A DNA stretch of 64,000 nt from Spirochaetia bacterium (GCA_963662265.2 CAXXHA010000032.1:32001-96000); one strand, 5' to 3'; positions 30,020 through 49,902 are shown, counted from the stretch's first letter. The notes: generated by a model from the sequence alone, not told the origin. Translations and numbers: made by a program.

Positions 30020-32971
30020 ATGTATATTAATATAAAAAAAACAATACTATTATTTGCAACCATAATACTTCTATTTAATATTATATCCTGCCCCAATAAC
30101 CAGATGAGAGATCTTGTGGAACTGAAAGTTTCTGATCCGGTTGCTGATTCATTTACAATAGGATCAGGACCTACAACTGCATCAAGGACAGTCACTCTTT
30201 ATTCAGATGTTACAAAAGAGGAAGATGCACTTGAAATGAGATTCAGAAATTCAGGAGATAACTGGTCGGATTGGGAAACTTATTCAAATACAAAAATATG
30301 GGACCTCAGTTTTCTGGATGGGCTTAAAACAGTATATGCTGAATACAGGGATGAAGGACATCATGTTGTTTCCAGGGAAAATACAATAACACTGAATACT
30401 GGTGCACCGGGGGGAGAATTTTATATTTTCGGTAATGGCTTAATAGATAACCCGGTAGAAGACAACCAGCATGAATATACCAATACAACATCAGTAAAAC
30501 TCTGCATGAACATAACAAATGTAGAGTCTATGAGATTTTCAAATACCTTTATTGATAATAATATTTCATCATGGGATGCTGTAACCCCCTTAATTCCTTT
30601 TTCAGAAGAATATGACTGGTCCCTGCCTGCAGGAGACGGAGAAAAGACTGTATATGCTCAGTTTGTCACAAATGCAGGCACTCCTAATGTTTTTCCTAAT
30701 TCCCCTGTAGACGGCCATCAGCCCTATCTTGATACAACAGCTCCTTCCACTTCAAATTTTAGTATCAATGGAGGGGCAGCAATTGCTTCATCAATATCAG
30801 TAACTTTATCTTATGATATATCTGAAACAGTATTTGATTCAGAACATAAAATGTGGGCTGAATACCGTAATGACGGGGGCAGCTGGAGCGCAAAAGAAAC
30901 TGTTTCAACAGGCAGTATAACACCAAAACCCTGGGTTTTGAGATCTGAAGTAGGTACAAGGACTGTTTATGTAAGGCTTTCAGATATTGCAGGAAACAGC
31001 GCGGTTTTTTCAGATACAATAGATCTTGACAATGCAGCACCCCCAATACCATCCCCAACTACTGCAACACCAACAAATAATACAAAACCTACATGGACAT
31101 GGGCAGCTGTTCCTGGTGCTGTAAACTATAGATGTTACTTCCCCGATTTCCCAATAATAGAACTCGGAGATGTAACTTCATATACTCCTGATGATCCTCT
31201 TTATGAAAATCAAGACCATGAATTCCATCTTCAGGCAGCAGATGCTGCTGGAAACTGGTCAGCACCTGGTACACATACTGTTACGATTGATACAGAATTG
31301 CCGCCATCACCAACTGGTCTTGATCTTGCTGAATCAGACGATACAGGATCATCAAATTCAGATAATATAACAAGAACGACTTCCAATCTTACAATATCAG
31401 GAAATGCAGAATCAAATTCAGAAGTATTGATTTACAATAATACAACACTTCTGACTACTGTAAATACAAACGGATCAGGTGATTTTTCAGGCGATATAAG
31501 TCTCTCAGGAGACGGAGTAAAATCAGTCAGAGCCATATGTATTGATACAGCAGGAAATCAATCTCCATATTCATCAACATTATCAATCACTATAGATACT
31601 ACATTACCATCTGCCCCTTCAACACCTGATCTTGCGGCAGCAGATGACCATGGAAGCTCCAGCAGTGATAATATCACAAACCAGACTTCAAATCTTACAT
31701 TTTCAGGAACTGCTGAAGCAGGATCATCAGTGACTATATATGAAAGTTCAACAGCAAGAGGAACTTTTACAGCCTCTGGCGGCACATATTCTGGAGATAT
31801 AAGTCTCTCTGCAGGGAGCAATAAAAATATAAGTGCCAGAGCAACTGATATTGCAGGAAACATATCCAGCAGCTCTACTGGATTATCTGTAACAATTGAT
31901 ACAACTTCACCATCTGCCCCTTCAACACCTGATCTTGCAACAGCAGATGACCATGGAAGCTCCAGCAGTGATAATATCACAAACCAGACTTCAAATCTAA
32001 CATTTTCAGGAACTGCTGAAGCAGGATCATCAGTGACTATATATGAAAATTCAACAGCAAGAGGAACTTTTACAGCCTCTGGCGGCACATATTCTGGAGA
32101 TATAAGTCTTTCTGCAGGGAGCAATAGAAATATAAGTGCCAGAGCAACTGATATTGCAGGAAACATATCCAGCAGCTCCACTGGATTATCTGTAACAATT
32201 GATACGACAGCACCTCCTATCCCTTCAGTAAGTGTTGATCCATATAATGCAGGTTCTGCAACATGGTCATGGTCAGCATCAGGAGCTACAAGATACAGAT
32301 ATAAACTAAACAACACAAATCTTACTACAGGCGCAACAATTACTACTTCTGGAAGTACAACAATTTCATCAGGATTAACTGCAGGTCAGACGCATTATGT
32401 ATATGTTCAGTCTGGAGACACTGCCGGTAACTGGTCCGGAACCGCTTCTGCATCGACTATCAGTTATTCATGGTCTAATACATATACTAATGGGCTTGTG
32501 CTTGGTTCTCAATTACTTGGTGGTAGAACAACTGACACAATAGGTGCTGGACAGGGTGGTATTACACTAACAGCAGGATCAACTATTAAAACATTCGGGT
32601 TCTACTTAACAAGTGGTTTCGGAGGAAATGCTGTAAGTCTCAGGTTAGATCTAAGAAATAGTTCTGGGACTATTATGCAGACACGAACTTTAAATCTCCC
32701 AAGTTCATTCAGCGGTGGGTGGATTTACTGGACTGGTTTTAACTATTCTCCAGCAACAACTGCATCATATATATTTACAACCTTTGTCTATGGATCTTCA
32801 GGCGATCCAAGTAAATATTCATCAATAAGAGCGGAAGTCAGTAGTGGCAGTAATCCTGCTGGTTTTGCTTATGATTGTACCGGAACTTCCGATACAGAAA
32901 TGGGAACATGGTCTAATTGGAGCTCTAAATCAATTGATTGGGATTTCTGGTATAGAGCATATGGAGATTAA
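30020..32971 (+). CDS. Surface lipoprotein with tandem bacterial Ig-like domains (putative adhesin)
   Basis: Signal peptide ending IISC; repeated DxAGN and TIDTT motifs; DDxGSSxSDNIT repeats; Ser/Thr-rich; AGGAG RBS. Confidence 0.82.
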   Translation: MYINIKKTILLFATIILLFNIISCPNNQMRDLVELKVSDPVADSFTIGSGPTTASRTVTLYSDVTKEEDALEMRFRNSGDNWSDWETYSNTKIWDLSFLDGLKTVYAEYRDEGHHVVSRENTITLNTGAPGGEFYIFGNGLIDNPVEDNQHEYTNTTSVKLCMNITNVESMRFSNTFIDNNISSWDAVTPLIPFSEEYDWSLPAGDGEKTVYAQFVTNAGTPNVFPNSPVDGHQPYLDTTAPSTSNFSINGGAAIASSISVTLSYDISETVFDSEHKMWAEYRNDGGSWSAKETVSTGSITPKPWVLRSEVGTRTVYVRLSDIAGNSAVFSDTIDLDNAAPPIPSPTTATPTNNTKPTWTWAAVPGAVNYRCYFPDFPIIELGDVTSYTPDDPLYENQDHEFHLQAADAAGNWSAPGTHTVTIDTELPPSPTGLDLAESDDTGSSNSDNITRTTSNLTISGNAESNSEVLIYNNTTLLTTVNTNGSGDFSGDISLSGDGVKSVRAICIDTAGNQSPYSSTLSITIDTTLPSAPSTPDLAAADDHGSSSSDNITNQTSNLTFSGTAEAGSSVTIYESSTARGTFTASGGTYSGDISLSAGSNKNISARATDIAGNISSSSTGLSVTIDTTSPSAPSTPDLATADDHGSSSSDNITNQTSNLTFSGTAEAGSSVTIYENSTARGTFTASGGTYSGDISLSAGSNRNISARATDIAGNISSSSTGLSVTIDTTAPPIPSVSVDPYNAGSATWSWSASGATRYRYKLNNTNLTTGATITTSGSTTISSGLTAGQTHYVYVQSGDTAGNWSGTASASTISYSWSNTYTNGLVLGSQLLGGRTTDTIGAGQGGITLTAGSTIKTFGFYLTSGFGGNAVSLRLDLRNSSGTIMQTRTLNLPSSFSGGWIYWTGFNYSPATTASYIFTTFVYGSSGDPSKYSSIRAEVSSGSNPAGFAYDCTGTSDTEMGTWSNWSSKSIDWDFWYRAYGD
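31606..32211 (+). repeat. Two tandem 303-bp (101-aa) intragenic repeats, preceded by a more divergent third copy (~31300-31605)
   Basis: 31606-31908 vs 31909-32211 differ at about 10 positions. Confidence 0.92.
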
Positions 32972-33067
32972 TAAATTTAATTTCTATTATAAAACGCAGT
33001 TAACAATATTTATTGTATGTTTTTTTCTTTACATCAAAATTATACTATTATGATATTATTTTACTAA

Positions 33068-33106
33068 TAAAAGTCCTGATGCGTGTTTCACGCATCAGGA
33101 CTTTTA
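33068..33106. terminator. Strong bidirectional terminator-like hairpin
   Basis: TAAAAGTCCTGATGCGTG / CACGCATCAGGACTTTTA perfect 18-bp inverted repeat. Confidence 0.8.
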
Positions 33107-33337
33107 TCTTTAGTGTCAACACCGTTCTAAAATTGCAGTTTAACAGCGGTGATGACATTTTCTTCTTATATAATATATTTTCTTAGAAATAATACACCAT
33201 TTATCAATACCTATTTTATTGCATGCTAACTCCTTGTCATAAAGAGTTCCCCTCTGTAAGTTAATGTATTACATGAAAATATTTTATAGAAATGTATTTC
33301 AGTTATATTTTTTTCAGATGTGTATTAATAAAAAAAA

Positions 33338-33447
<110 letters not shown>

Positions 33448-33710
33448 TAATTTTTTTCACTCAGGTTTTTAACATTTATCAGGATTGTTTGCAAGTAACT
33501 TTATCAAATTACCCTGAAAACTCCTTTTTCAGTTAAAAACTAAAGCAAAAAGCTTTTTATGTTTTTATCTCTGCAAGTATTAAAAGCACCACACTTACAG
33601 AAAATTGAGAATAGGTCGCTGCCTATCGGCAGTACCCTTCCTCGCTTCGGCAATGTATGTACAAGCACATCCATTGCTTATCAAGATTCGAGAATGAGTT
33701 AAATAATAAT

Positions 33711-36701
<2,991 letters not shown>

Positions 36702-36923
36702 ATTATTTTTTAACCCTTCTCTTATCAAAAACACCAGATTTATTTCTAAATCCTTATATGTGTTAATGTTTATCTATTAAAGAACATTGCTGTTTTCACA
36801 GCTATAAACATGAATCTAAAGAAAATCTTTCAGATTCATATAAAAGTAAAAACTAAAAATATCAAATATCTCCATTCTCTACTTTAAAAAAAAGCAGTTA
36901 ACTTTCGTTTTCCACTATTTTCT

Positions 36924-36997
36924 TGGAGGCACGGGGACTCGAACCCCGGACCCCCGGCTTGCAAAGCCGGTGCTCTAGCCAACTGAGCTATGCCCCC
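36924..36997 (-). tRNA. tRNA-Ala(TGC)
   Basis: GGGGGCATAGCTCAGTTGG...CTTTGCAAG...GTTCGAGTCC..GCCTCCA; G3:U70 pair; CCA not encoded. Confidence 0.96.
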
Positions 36998-37188
36998 ATG
37001 ATTGCATGAACAAGCAGTAACTAAAGGTTACAACCAGCCCATACCCGGGTATTAACCCGTACCGAGGATTTCTCCTCATTATATATAAAAAAGTTTCCTG
37101 AAGCGGATCCGGATCTAATTAAAGACCCAATTTTGTAATTCAAATAAATGAACTACTGTATCCAGTACATTTGGATAATTACCTTTCT

Positions 37189-38736
<1,548 letters not shown>

Positions 38737-39014
38737 ATATTCCAACGTTCCGAAGAACGTTAGTTACAATTTTGGTCTTTTCCCAGCTTTACTCTTATCA
38801 AAAGATTAAAACTGTCAAAAATTAACTTTTTGACCCGCTTCAGGTCCCTTCTCTATTCATTATTTAAAAAGAACTACTCAGGCACCAGGCCCGAAAATCC
38901 GATCAGCCATGAATGACGTTAAGATCGGCATTCGCTTCCGCTTTAAGTTCTCACTTCAAGCTTCTGCTTTTTATTTTTTAAGCATCAAGCAACTTCCGTG
39001 CCAAATGCTCTAAT

Positions 39015-39043
39015 GTTTTATCATTTACTCTTTTCTCTGTCAA
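39015..39043 (-). promoter_or_regulatory. rRNA operon 1 promoter
   Basis: TTGACA-N17-TAAAAC on the minus strand with AT-rich upstream tract. Confidence 0.6.
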
Positions 39044-39447
39044 CCGGTTTTGTTAAAAAGTTTTAAAACTTTTTAACCGGTATACCAGTTAAAACAAGCT
39101 TAATCACTACAATTACCAAATATTATAAGCCTCAGCAAACTTTTACCCGATACTGATAGCAATTCAGCAACAGACAAAAATAAACTGAACATAATTATTC
39201 AGCAATAAAAAAGAGTATCTATACCTATAATACAGAAACAGTTTTTTCAGTAATGATAATTTTTGGAATTAAAAGCAGCAGGCATCTGCCTGTTTCTCGA
39301 AAGGCTTTCCAATTCCCATCCCATACAACTTAACGTTGCGATTTGAAAAATACACTTTTATCATATTTATGTCAATATTTCAGATAAAAAAAACAAAAAA
39401 TAATATGCATCAGGAAAATGAAAATATTTTGTAGTTGTACGAAACAA

Positions 39448-39470
39448 TGTCCCTCCTTAAAGGAGGGACA
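39448..39470 (-). terminator. Hairpin downstream of dctM
   Basis: TGTCCCTCCT / AGGAGGGACA perfect stem; weak U-tract. Confidence 0.55.
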
Positions 39471-39478
39471 GGAAGGAA

Positions 39479-40801
39479 TTATGAGGCATAATATAAATTA
39501 GGAAGCCAGACAGCTATATTCGGAAAGATCATAATAATTACAAGAGCAAGAAGCATAACAGCAACAAAAGGGACAACTGAACGATAGATATCACCAAGTG
39601 TTATTTCCTTTGGAGCCATAGCTTTCATCAGAAAAAGGTTATATCCGAAAGGAGGTGTTAAATACGCTATCTGACATGTTATTGTATAAAGAACACCATA
39701 CCAGATTGGATCAAATCCAAGCTTGATTACAAGAGGAACATAAAGAGGTGCAACTATAATAAGCATGGCAGTATCATCAAGAAACATACCCATTATAACA
39801 AATGACAGCTGCATCATTATAATAATTCCCCATGGGCCGAAACCATAAGAGAGGAATAATTCCTGGATAGCATGTACCGCACCAAGACCGTCAAAAATTG
39901 CACCGAAAGCAAGGGCTGAAAGAATAACCCACATGAACATACAGCTTACACTCAAAGTTTCTCTCAACACTTCCACCATTACATCCCAGCTAAGCCTCTT
40001 TTTGATAAGCGCAGCTATTGTTGTTGCTGTTGCACCTACAGCAGAACTTTCAACAAGGCTTGTAACACCCATAAAAAACAGACCAGACATAGAGAAAATT
40101 ATCAAAAGAGGCATAATAGCAGCCCTCAAAAGCAGCAGCTTTTCTTTCCATGGAACATGTCTTTCCTCAAGAGGAAGAACAGGCCCCAGCTCAGGCTGAA
40201 AAAAACATCTGATAAGAATATATAATATAAAAAGTACTGTAAGAAGAAGTCCAGGGAATACACCTGCAAGCCAGAGTCTTCCTACCGGCTGACGCGCTAT
40301 CATTCCATACAATACAAGAACTACACTTGGAGGAATAAGAATACCAAGAGAACTCCCTGCCTGAATAACTCCTGTAAGCATTTTTTTGTCATACTTTCTT
40401 TTAAGCATCTCAGGCAGAGCTATTGTACTACCGACAGCCATACCCGCAACACTGAGTCCGTTGATTGCAGAGATTATAGACATAAGCCCGATAGTTCCGA
40501 TTGCAAGTCCGCCTCTTATAGGGCCCATCCAGACATGTATCATTGCATATAAGTCATCTGCAATACCGGACTTGGCAAACATATATCCCATATATATGAA
40601 TATAGGCAGGGTGAGAAGAGGATACCAGACAAGAAGTGAAAAACTTGCCTGAAAAGCCATACCGACTCCACCTTTCCCCCATAACAAAAGAGCAAAAATA
40701 GAAGCAACCCCTCCAATAACAGCGTAAATATGTCTTCCTGTAAGAAGCATAACTATCATTGAAGAGAACATTAAAATCGCCATTAAACCATATGCACTCA
40801 T
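39479..40801 (-). CDS. dctM: TRAP transporter large permease DctM
   Basis: SLGILIPPSVVLVLYG, GMFLD, AYLTPPFGYNLF. Confidence 0.92.
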   Translation of the reverse strand: MSAYGLMAILMFSSMIVMLLTGRHIYAVIGGVASIFALLLWGKGGVGMAFQASFSLLVWYPLLTLPIFIYMGYMFAKSGIADDLYAMIHVWMGPIRGGLAIGTIGLMSIISAINGLSVAGMAVGSTIALPEMLKRKYDKKMLTGVIQAGSSLGILIPPSVVLVLYGMIARQPVGRLWLAGVFPGLLLTVLFILYILIRCFFQPELGPVLPLEERHVPWKEKLLLLRAAIMPLLIIFSMSGLFFMGVTSLVESSAVGATATTIAALIKKRLSWDVMVEVLRETLSVSCMFMWVILSALAFGAIFDGLGAVHAIQELFLSYGFGPWGIIIMMQLSFVIMGMFLDDTAMLIIVAPLYVPLVIKLGFDPIWYGVLYTITCQIAYLTPPFGYNLFLMKAMAPKEITLGDIYRSVVPFVAVMLLALVIIMIFPNIAVWLPNLYYAS

Positions 40802-41334
40802 TTTCTATCCTCCGCTCTTACTACAGTAATATCTTCACCGCGGGCAACTGCAAAATCTTTGATAAGTTCTGAAATTGTCTGAAGAAACATGACAAAAATA
40901 CCAAAATTCATAATAATCTTTATTGGTATTACAGTCGGAGCCCATGCAGAATAGGACACCTGATTATATTTAACAGCATAAATAAGCCCTTTTACACCTC
41001 CGATTATAAGTACTACCATATAAATCAGAACAATAAAAAAGGTTATTACATCTGCAACAGCTTTCTTTTTAGTACTCCACCTGTGATAAAGCAAATCCAT
41101 CCTGACATGCCCGTCTAAAAGGAGTGTATAGGCACCTCCAAGCAAATAGTATGCCGCCATTACAAACTGTGCCATTTCAACAGGCCATATATGCGGTTTA
41201 TTAAAAATAGTTCTTGATAAAGCTTCATAAAGAAGAATAGCTATCATACCAAGGACCAACAACATAGCAAACTTACCAATTGCCCGGCTCATTTTATCAA
41301 TGGTTCGCACATAGGCTTTTGCAGCTTTATTCAT
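40798..41334 (-). CDS. dctQ: TRAP transporter small permease DctQ
   Basis: Four TM helices, HVRMDL motif; ATG 41334 follows GAGGAGG RBS; stop overlaps dctM start. Confidence 0.88.
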   Translation of the reverse strand: MNKAAKAYVRTIDKMSRAIGKFAMLLVLGMIAILLYEALSRTIFNKPHIWPVEMAQFVMAAYYLLGGAYTLLLDGHVRMDLLYHRWSTKKKAVADVITFFIVLIYMVVLIIGGVKGLIYAVKYNQVSYSAWAPTVIPIKIIMNFGIFVMFLQTISELIKDFAVARGEDITVVRAEDRK

Positions 41335-41437
41335 TAATAATCCTCCTCTTAAACTAAACTGGGCGCATAAAGACTCCCCTTCCAAACCTGAACATCAGGC
41401 AGGAAAGGGATTATTTTTTTAAATATTTTTACAGTAA

Positions 41438-42523
41438 TTAATATCGATAAGGTGCACCTGCTTTTTTCATTGTATCTACATATTTCTTAAGTATATTTAC
41501 AACACGTGCATTTCTTTCACTCTTTGCTGCAATTTCATCCCAGTACTTATAAGCCGCTTCTTCAACAACTTTCCATTCTGAATCAGGAATAGTTGTCAGC
41601 TCAAGCTTACCACCGTTAACTCGGTATTCAGCTTCACCCCACCAGTACCAGTGAAGTCTGTAATAATGAGATTTATCAATTGCCAGTTTATAAAGCTGCT
41701 GAAGATGAGCCGGTACTTTTTCCCATGCTTCTGTATTAACAAACCATCCGCCTGACCATGCACCTGAAATAGGGTTGGTAAGGTAATATTTTGTTACATC
41801 TGCCCAACCGACTGTGTAGTCTTCAGTAATTCCTGACCATGCAACACCATCAAGCATACCTGTCTGAATTGCCATTTCAACATCTTCATAAGGCATAACT
41901 GTAGGGATTACTCCGAACTGTTCCATGAATTTTCCCCCGGTAGGGAACATATACATTCTTAAACCTTTCAGATCATTAATTGATTTGATTGGTTTAGTTG
42001 TAGCAAAGTTACATGGGTCCCAGGATCCCTGGCTAAGCCATGTCACATTGTCAATTTCCGCATATGCTTCTTCCCAGATTTCATTAAGTCCATACCAGTT
42101 CCAGAGAACATTGACATCGAGTCCGTATCTTGCTGCAAGTGGAAAATATGCACCAAAAACAGAAACATCAACAGGTGAAGCCATTGAGTCATCATCACTG
42201 ACTACCGCATCTACAGTTCCTTCCTGGAGTGCTCTGAAAAGTTCTCCATGAGGAACAAGCTGGTCAGCTGTATAAACTTCAATAACCATTTCACCGTTAG
42301 CAGCAATATTGAACTCATCAATTGCATTTTTAACAACATGCTCGTTTAACGCCGGGCCTGCATATGACTGAAGTCTCCATTTGATTGTTTCTTTTGGTTG
42401 TGCTGCTTCACTAGCTGCTGTTTCTGCTTTTTCAGCACAACTGCTCATAACAAACAGAACTGTTGTCAAAACTGCAATTAAACTTAAGGTGAATAACAAT
42501 TTTTTCAATCCCATTTTTTTCAC
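41438..42523 (-). CDS. dctP: TRAP substrate-binding protein DctP (lipoprotein)
   Basis: Signal ending VMSSC, IKWRLQS, PIKSINDLKGLR, AIQTGMLDG. Confidence 0.88.
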   Translation of the reverse strand: MKKMGLKKLLFTLSLIAVLTTVLFVMSSCAEKAETAASEAAQPKETIKWRLQSYAGPALNEHVVKNAIDEFNIAANGEMVIEVYTADQLVPHGELFRALQEGTVDAVVSDDDSMASPVDVSVFGAYFPLAARYGLDVNVLWNWYGLNEIWEEAYAEIDNVTWLSQGSWDPCNFATTKPIKSINDLKGLRMYMFPTGGKFMEQFGVIPTVMPYEDVEMAIQTGMLDGVAWSGITEDYTVGWADVTKYYLTNPISGAWSGGWFVNTEAWEKVPAHLQQLYKLAIDKSHYYRLHWYWWGEAEYRVNGGKLELTTIPDSEWKVVEEAAYKYWDEIAAKSERNARVVNILKKYVDTMKKAGAPYRY

Positions 42524-43327
42524 TGTAAAACCCCCTTTACAAGTTTCAGCAAAATTTCAGTTTTTCTAAAAAAACTGTCGTTAAATTTCTTTAACTACGG
42601 TTTAATTTATGCAGCCGTCTGCATATCCAAAATATTCAGAAGCATTTAAAAATGCGTTCTTCAATACTTTAAATATTTATGCCTGACACTGCTGTTTTTT
42701 ACTGTTGTAAAGCATACGGGAATAACTTTGGAAGCTCAAATTAGGATGTATTTTAGAAACAAGGTGTATTTTTAAGGGAAAAGCAATGATGATTCATTCA
42801 CGTTATTGAAGTTACAGTTATTTAACTTCATTCCTCAAGGTGTAAAACTTTAAGTTTCAACTGTGTAATGATATATCCAGTTTAAAATAATATTTTCATA
42901 AGTCAAGAAAAATATGTTGTTTTTCTGAACAAAATATACATAAATCATTATATCATGTTTTTTAACTACTTTTTGTTTCTACTTTTAGAAACATCAATAA
43001 CCAATAAATTACATCATTAATATTTTATCAGCATACCTTGAAAAACACAAATTCATTTTTTCCATAATACCTTCAAAGTATAATCTGCTAATATTTCAAC
43101 AAACACATGCTTACAAATCTTATTTCTATGGAATAAAACAGGTTTTTTATATTTTATCAGAAATATTGCCTCACTGGCACTTTTACACAAACTTCATTAA
43201 AAACCAGGTCCTTCTCCTGCTTAAACACTGTTTCACAGCCTGGCATAAACAACAGCAGAGATATCTATTCGTTATGCCACAATTATTTTAAGATTTATTG
43301 ATAAAATGAGATCTTCATAATCGATGT

Positions 43328-43509
43328 GGAATGACTAATTGGAATGACTAATTGGAATGACTAATTGGAATGACTAATTGGAATGACTAATTGGAATGAC
43401 TAATTGGAATGACTAATTGGAATGACTAATTGGAATGACTAATTGGAATGACTAATTGGAATGACTAATTGGAATGACTAATTGGAATGACTAATTGGAA
43501 TGACTAATT
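43328..43509. repeat. Perfect tandem repeat, 14 x GGAATGACTAATT (13 bp)
   Basis: 182 bp = 14 identical units with no spacers; flanked by GATGTG on both sides. Confidence 0.97.
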
Positions 43510-43530
43510 GATGTGTATTAATAAAAAAAA

Positions 43531-43640
<110 letters not shown>

Positions 43641-43903
43641 TAATTTTTTTCACTCAGGTTTTTAACATTTATCAGGATTGTTTGCAAGTAACTTTATCAA
43701 ATTACCCTGAAAACTCCTTTTTCAGTTAAAAACTAAAGCAAAAAGCTTTTTATGTTTTTATCTCTGCAAGTATTAAAAGCACCACACTTACAGAAAATTG
43801 AGAATAGGTCGCTGCCTATCGGCAGTACCCTTCCTCGCTTCGGCAATGTATGTACAAGCACATCCATTGCTTATCAAGATTCGAGAATGAGTTAAATAAT
43901 AAT

Positions 43904-46894
<2,991 letters not shown>

Positions 46895-47031
46895 ATTATT
46901 TTTTAACCCTTCTCTTATCAAAAACACCAGATTTATTTCTAAATCCTTATATGTGTTAATGTTTATCTATTAAAGAACATTGCTGTTTTCACAGCTGTAA
47001 GCCTGAACTATCATTTTCAGATAATTCATTT

Positions 47032-47105
<74 letters not shown>

Positions 47106-47346
47106 ATTTGCATCCGAGATCGTTCCCCGATGCGCAGCACCTGCGGTACGACTCGTTGGCGGGCAGCAAATCAAAGATTTGTGACCAGCCCATAAATGGA
47201 GATCAACTGTACAAACTATTGCTCAACAATCTCCCATTATATATAAAAAAGTTTCCTGAAGCGGATCCGGATCTAATTAAAGACCCAATTTTGTAATTCA
47301 AATAAATGAACTACTGTATCCAGTACATTTGGATAATTACCTTTCT

Positions 47347-48894
<1,548 letters not shown>

Positions 48895-49099
48895 ATATTC
48901 CAACGTTCCGAAGAACGTTAGTTACAATTTTGGTTTTTTCCCAGCTTTACTCTTATCAAAAGATTAAAACTGTCAAAAATTAACTTTTTGACCCGCTTCA
49001 GGTCCCTTCTCTATTCATTATTTAAAAAGATCTTATTACCGATATTTTCCGGCAATACTGAAGTGAATCAGCTCTCGCTAACCCCTTCAGGCGAGTGTT

Positions 49100-49128
49100 A
49101 ATATAGTTTTTATCCTTTATTTTGTCAA
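49100..49128 (-). promoter_or_regulatory. rRNA operon 2 promoter
   Basis: TTGACA-N17-TATATT on the minus strand. Confidence 0.7.
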
Positions 49129-49221
49129 CAAGGTTTTTAACTTTTTTTTAATATAATCAGACCTTTTTTTAATATATGGAATCCACTTGAAAACAGACTC
49201 CCGCCTGCATAAAATTTTCAA

Positions 49222-49271
49222 AAAAAGAGGGTGTATATTCAGTTTAAAAAAACCGGATATACACCCTCTTT
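49222..49271 (-). terminator. Intrinsic terminator after pgsA
   Basis: AAAGAGGGTGTATAT / ATATACACCCTCTTT stem plus U-tract. Confidence 0.8.
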
Positions 49272-49311
49272 ATGTTTAACAGATATATAACTGCTCATTT
49301 CCTTTATACAC

Positions 49312-49902
49312 TTACTGATCTGCGACCTTGAACTTATTATAGAGCATGATAAGATAATCTGTGAGAGAAATAAGCGCAGCACCTGCAGAAAGATAAAAAC
49401 ATATTTCAGCGGCTGTTCTCAATTGCGGAAGAATTCCTGCAAAGAGACCTGTTCTTTCAAATGAAACATAAAGCAATCCGGAAATTCCTCCGAATGCATA
49501 TGTCCAGGCCTTAAGCTTGCCTCCCATTCTAGCACCCATTACAAATCCCCGGCGAACAGCAAGAAGACGTATAAATATTATTCCAAGCTCTCTGTACATA
49601 ATAATCGCAAATACCCATACCGGCATCAGATCAATACCGACAAGACACAGAAAATAGGTCATACGGCTGACTACATCAGCAAAAGGATCAAAGACCTTTC
49701 CAAGGTCAGACACAGTCCCTGCTGCTCTGGCAGCCATACCATCAAAAAGATCTGACAACTCCATTACTATGAAAAGTATCCAGAATATAATAACAGATAA
49801 GACTTTAAAACTGCCGTCAGTCCAGACAGGTAGAAAAAAAACTGCAAGGAAAAACGGAGAAAGAAAAATTCTCAGTGAAGTTAAAAAATTAGCTAAATTC
49901 AT
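49312..49902 (-). CDS. pgsA: CDP-diacylglycerol--glycerol-3-phosphate 3-phosphatidyltransferase
   Basis: MNLANFLTSLR; CDP-alcohol phosphatidyltransferase motif DLFDGMAAR...GKVFDPFAD; GGKLK. Confidence 0.9.
   Translation of the reverse strand: MNLANFLTSLRIFLSPFFLAVFFLPVWTDGSFKVLSVIIFWILFIVMELSDLFDGMAARAAGTVSDLGKVFDPFADVVSRMTYFLCLVGIDLMPVWVFAIIMYRELGIIFIRLLAVRRGFVMGARMGGKLKAWTYAFGGISGLLYVSFERTGLFAGILPQLRTAAEICFYLSAGAALISLTDYLIMLYNKFKVADQ

Noticed and set aside
31558-32316. 252-aa antisense ORF with internal repeat
   Set aside because: Shadow of the Ser/Thr-rich Ig repeats on the opposite strand; no RBS or independent motif
42524-43320. Hidden gene or riboswitch upstream of dctP
   Set aside because: Very AT-rich, no ORF of 60 aa or more, no recognisable aptamer motif; only weak hairpins
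43328-43509. CRISPR array
   Set aside because: Units are 13 bp and directly adjacent with no unique spacers; no cas genes in the window
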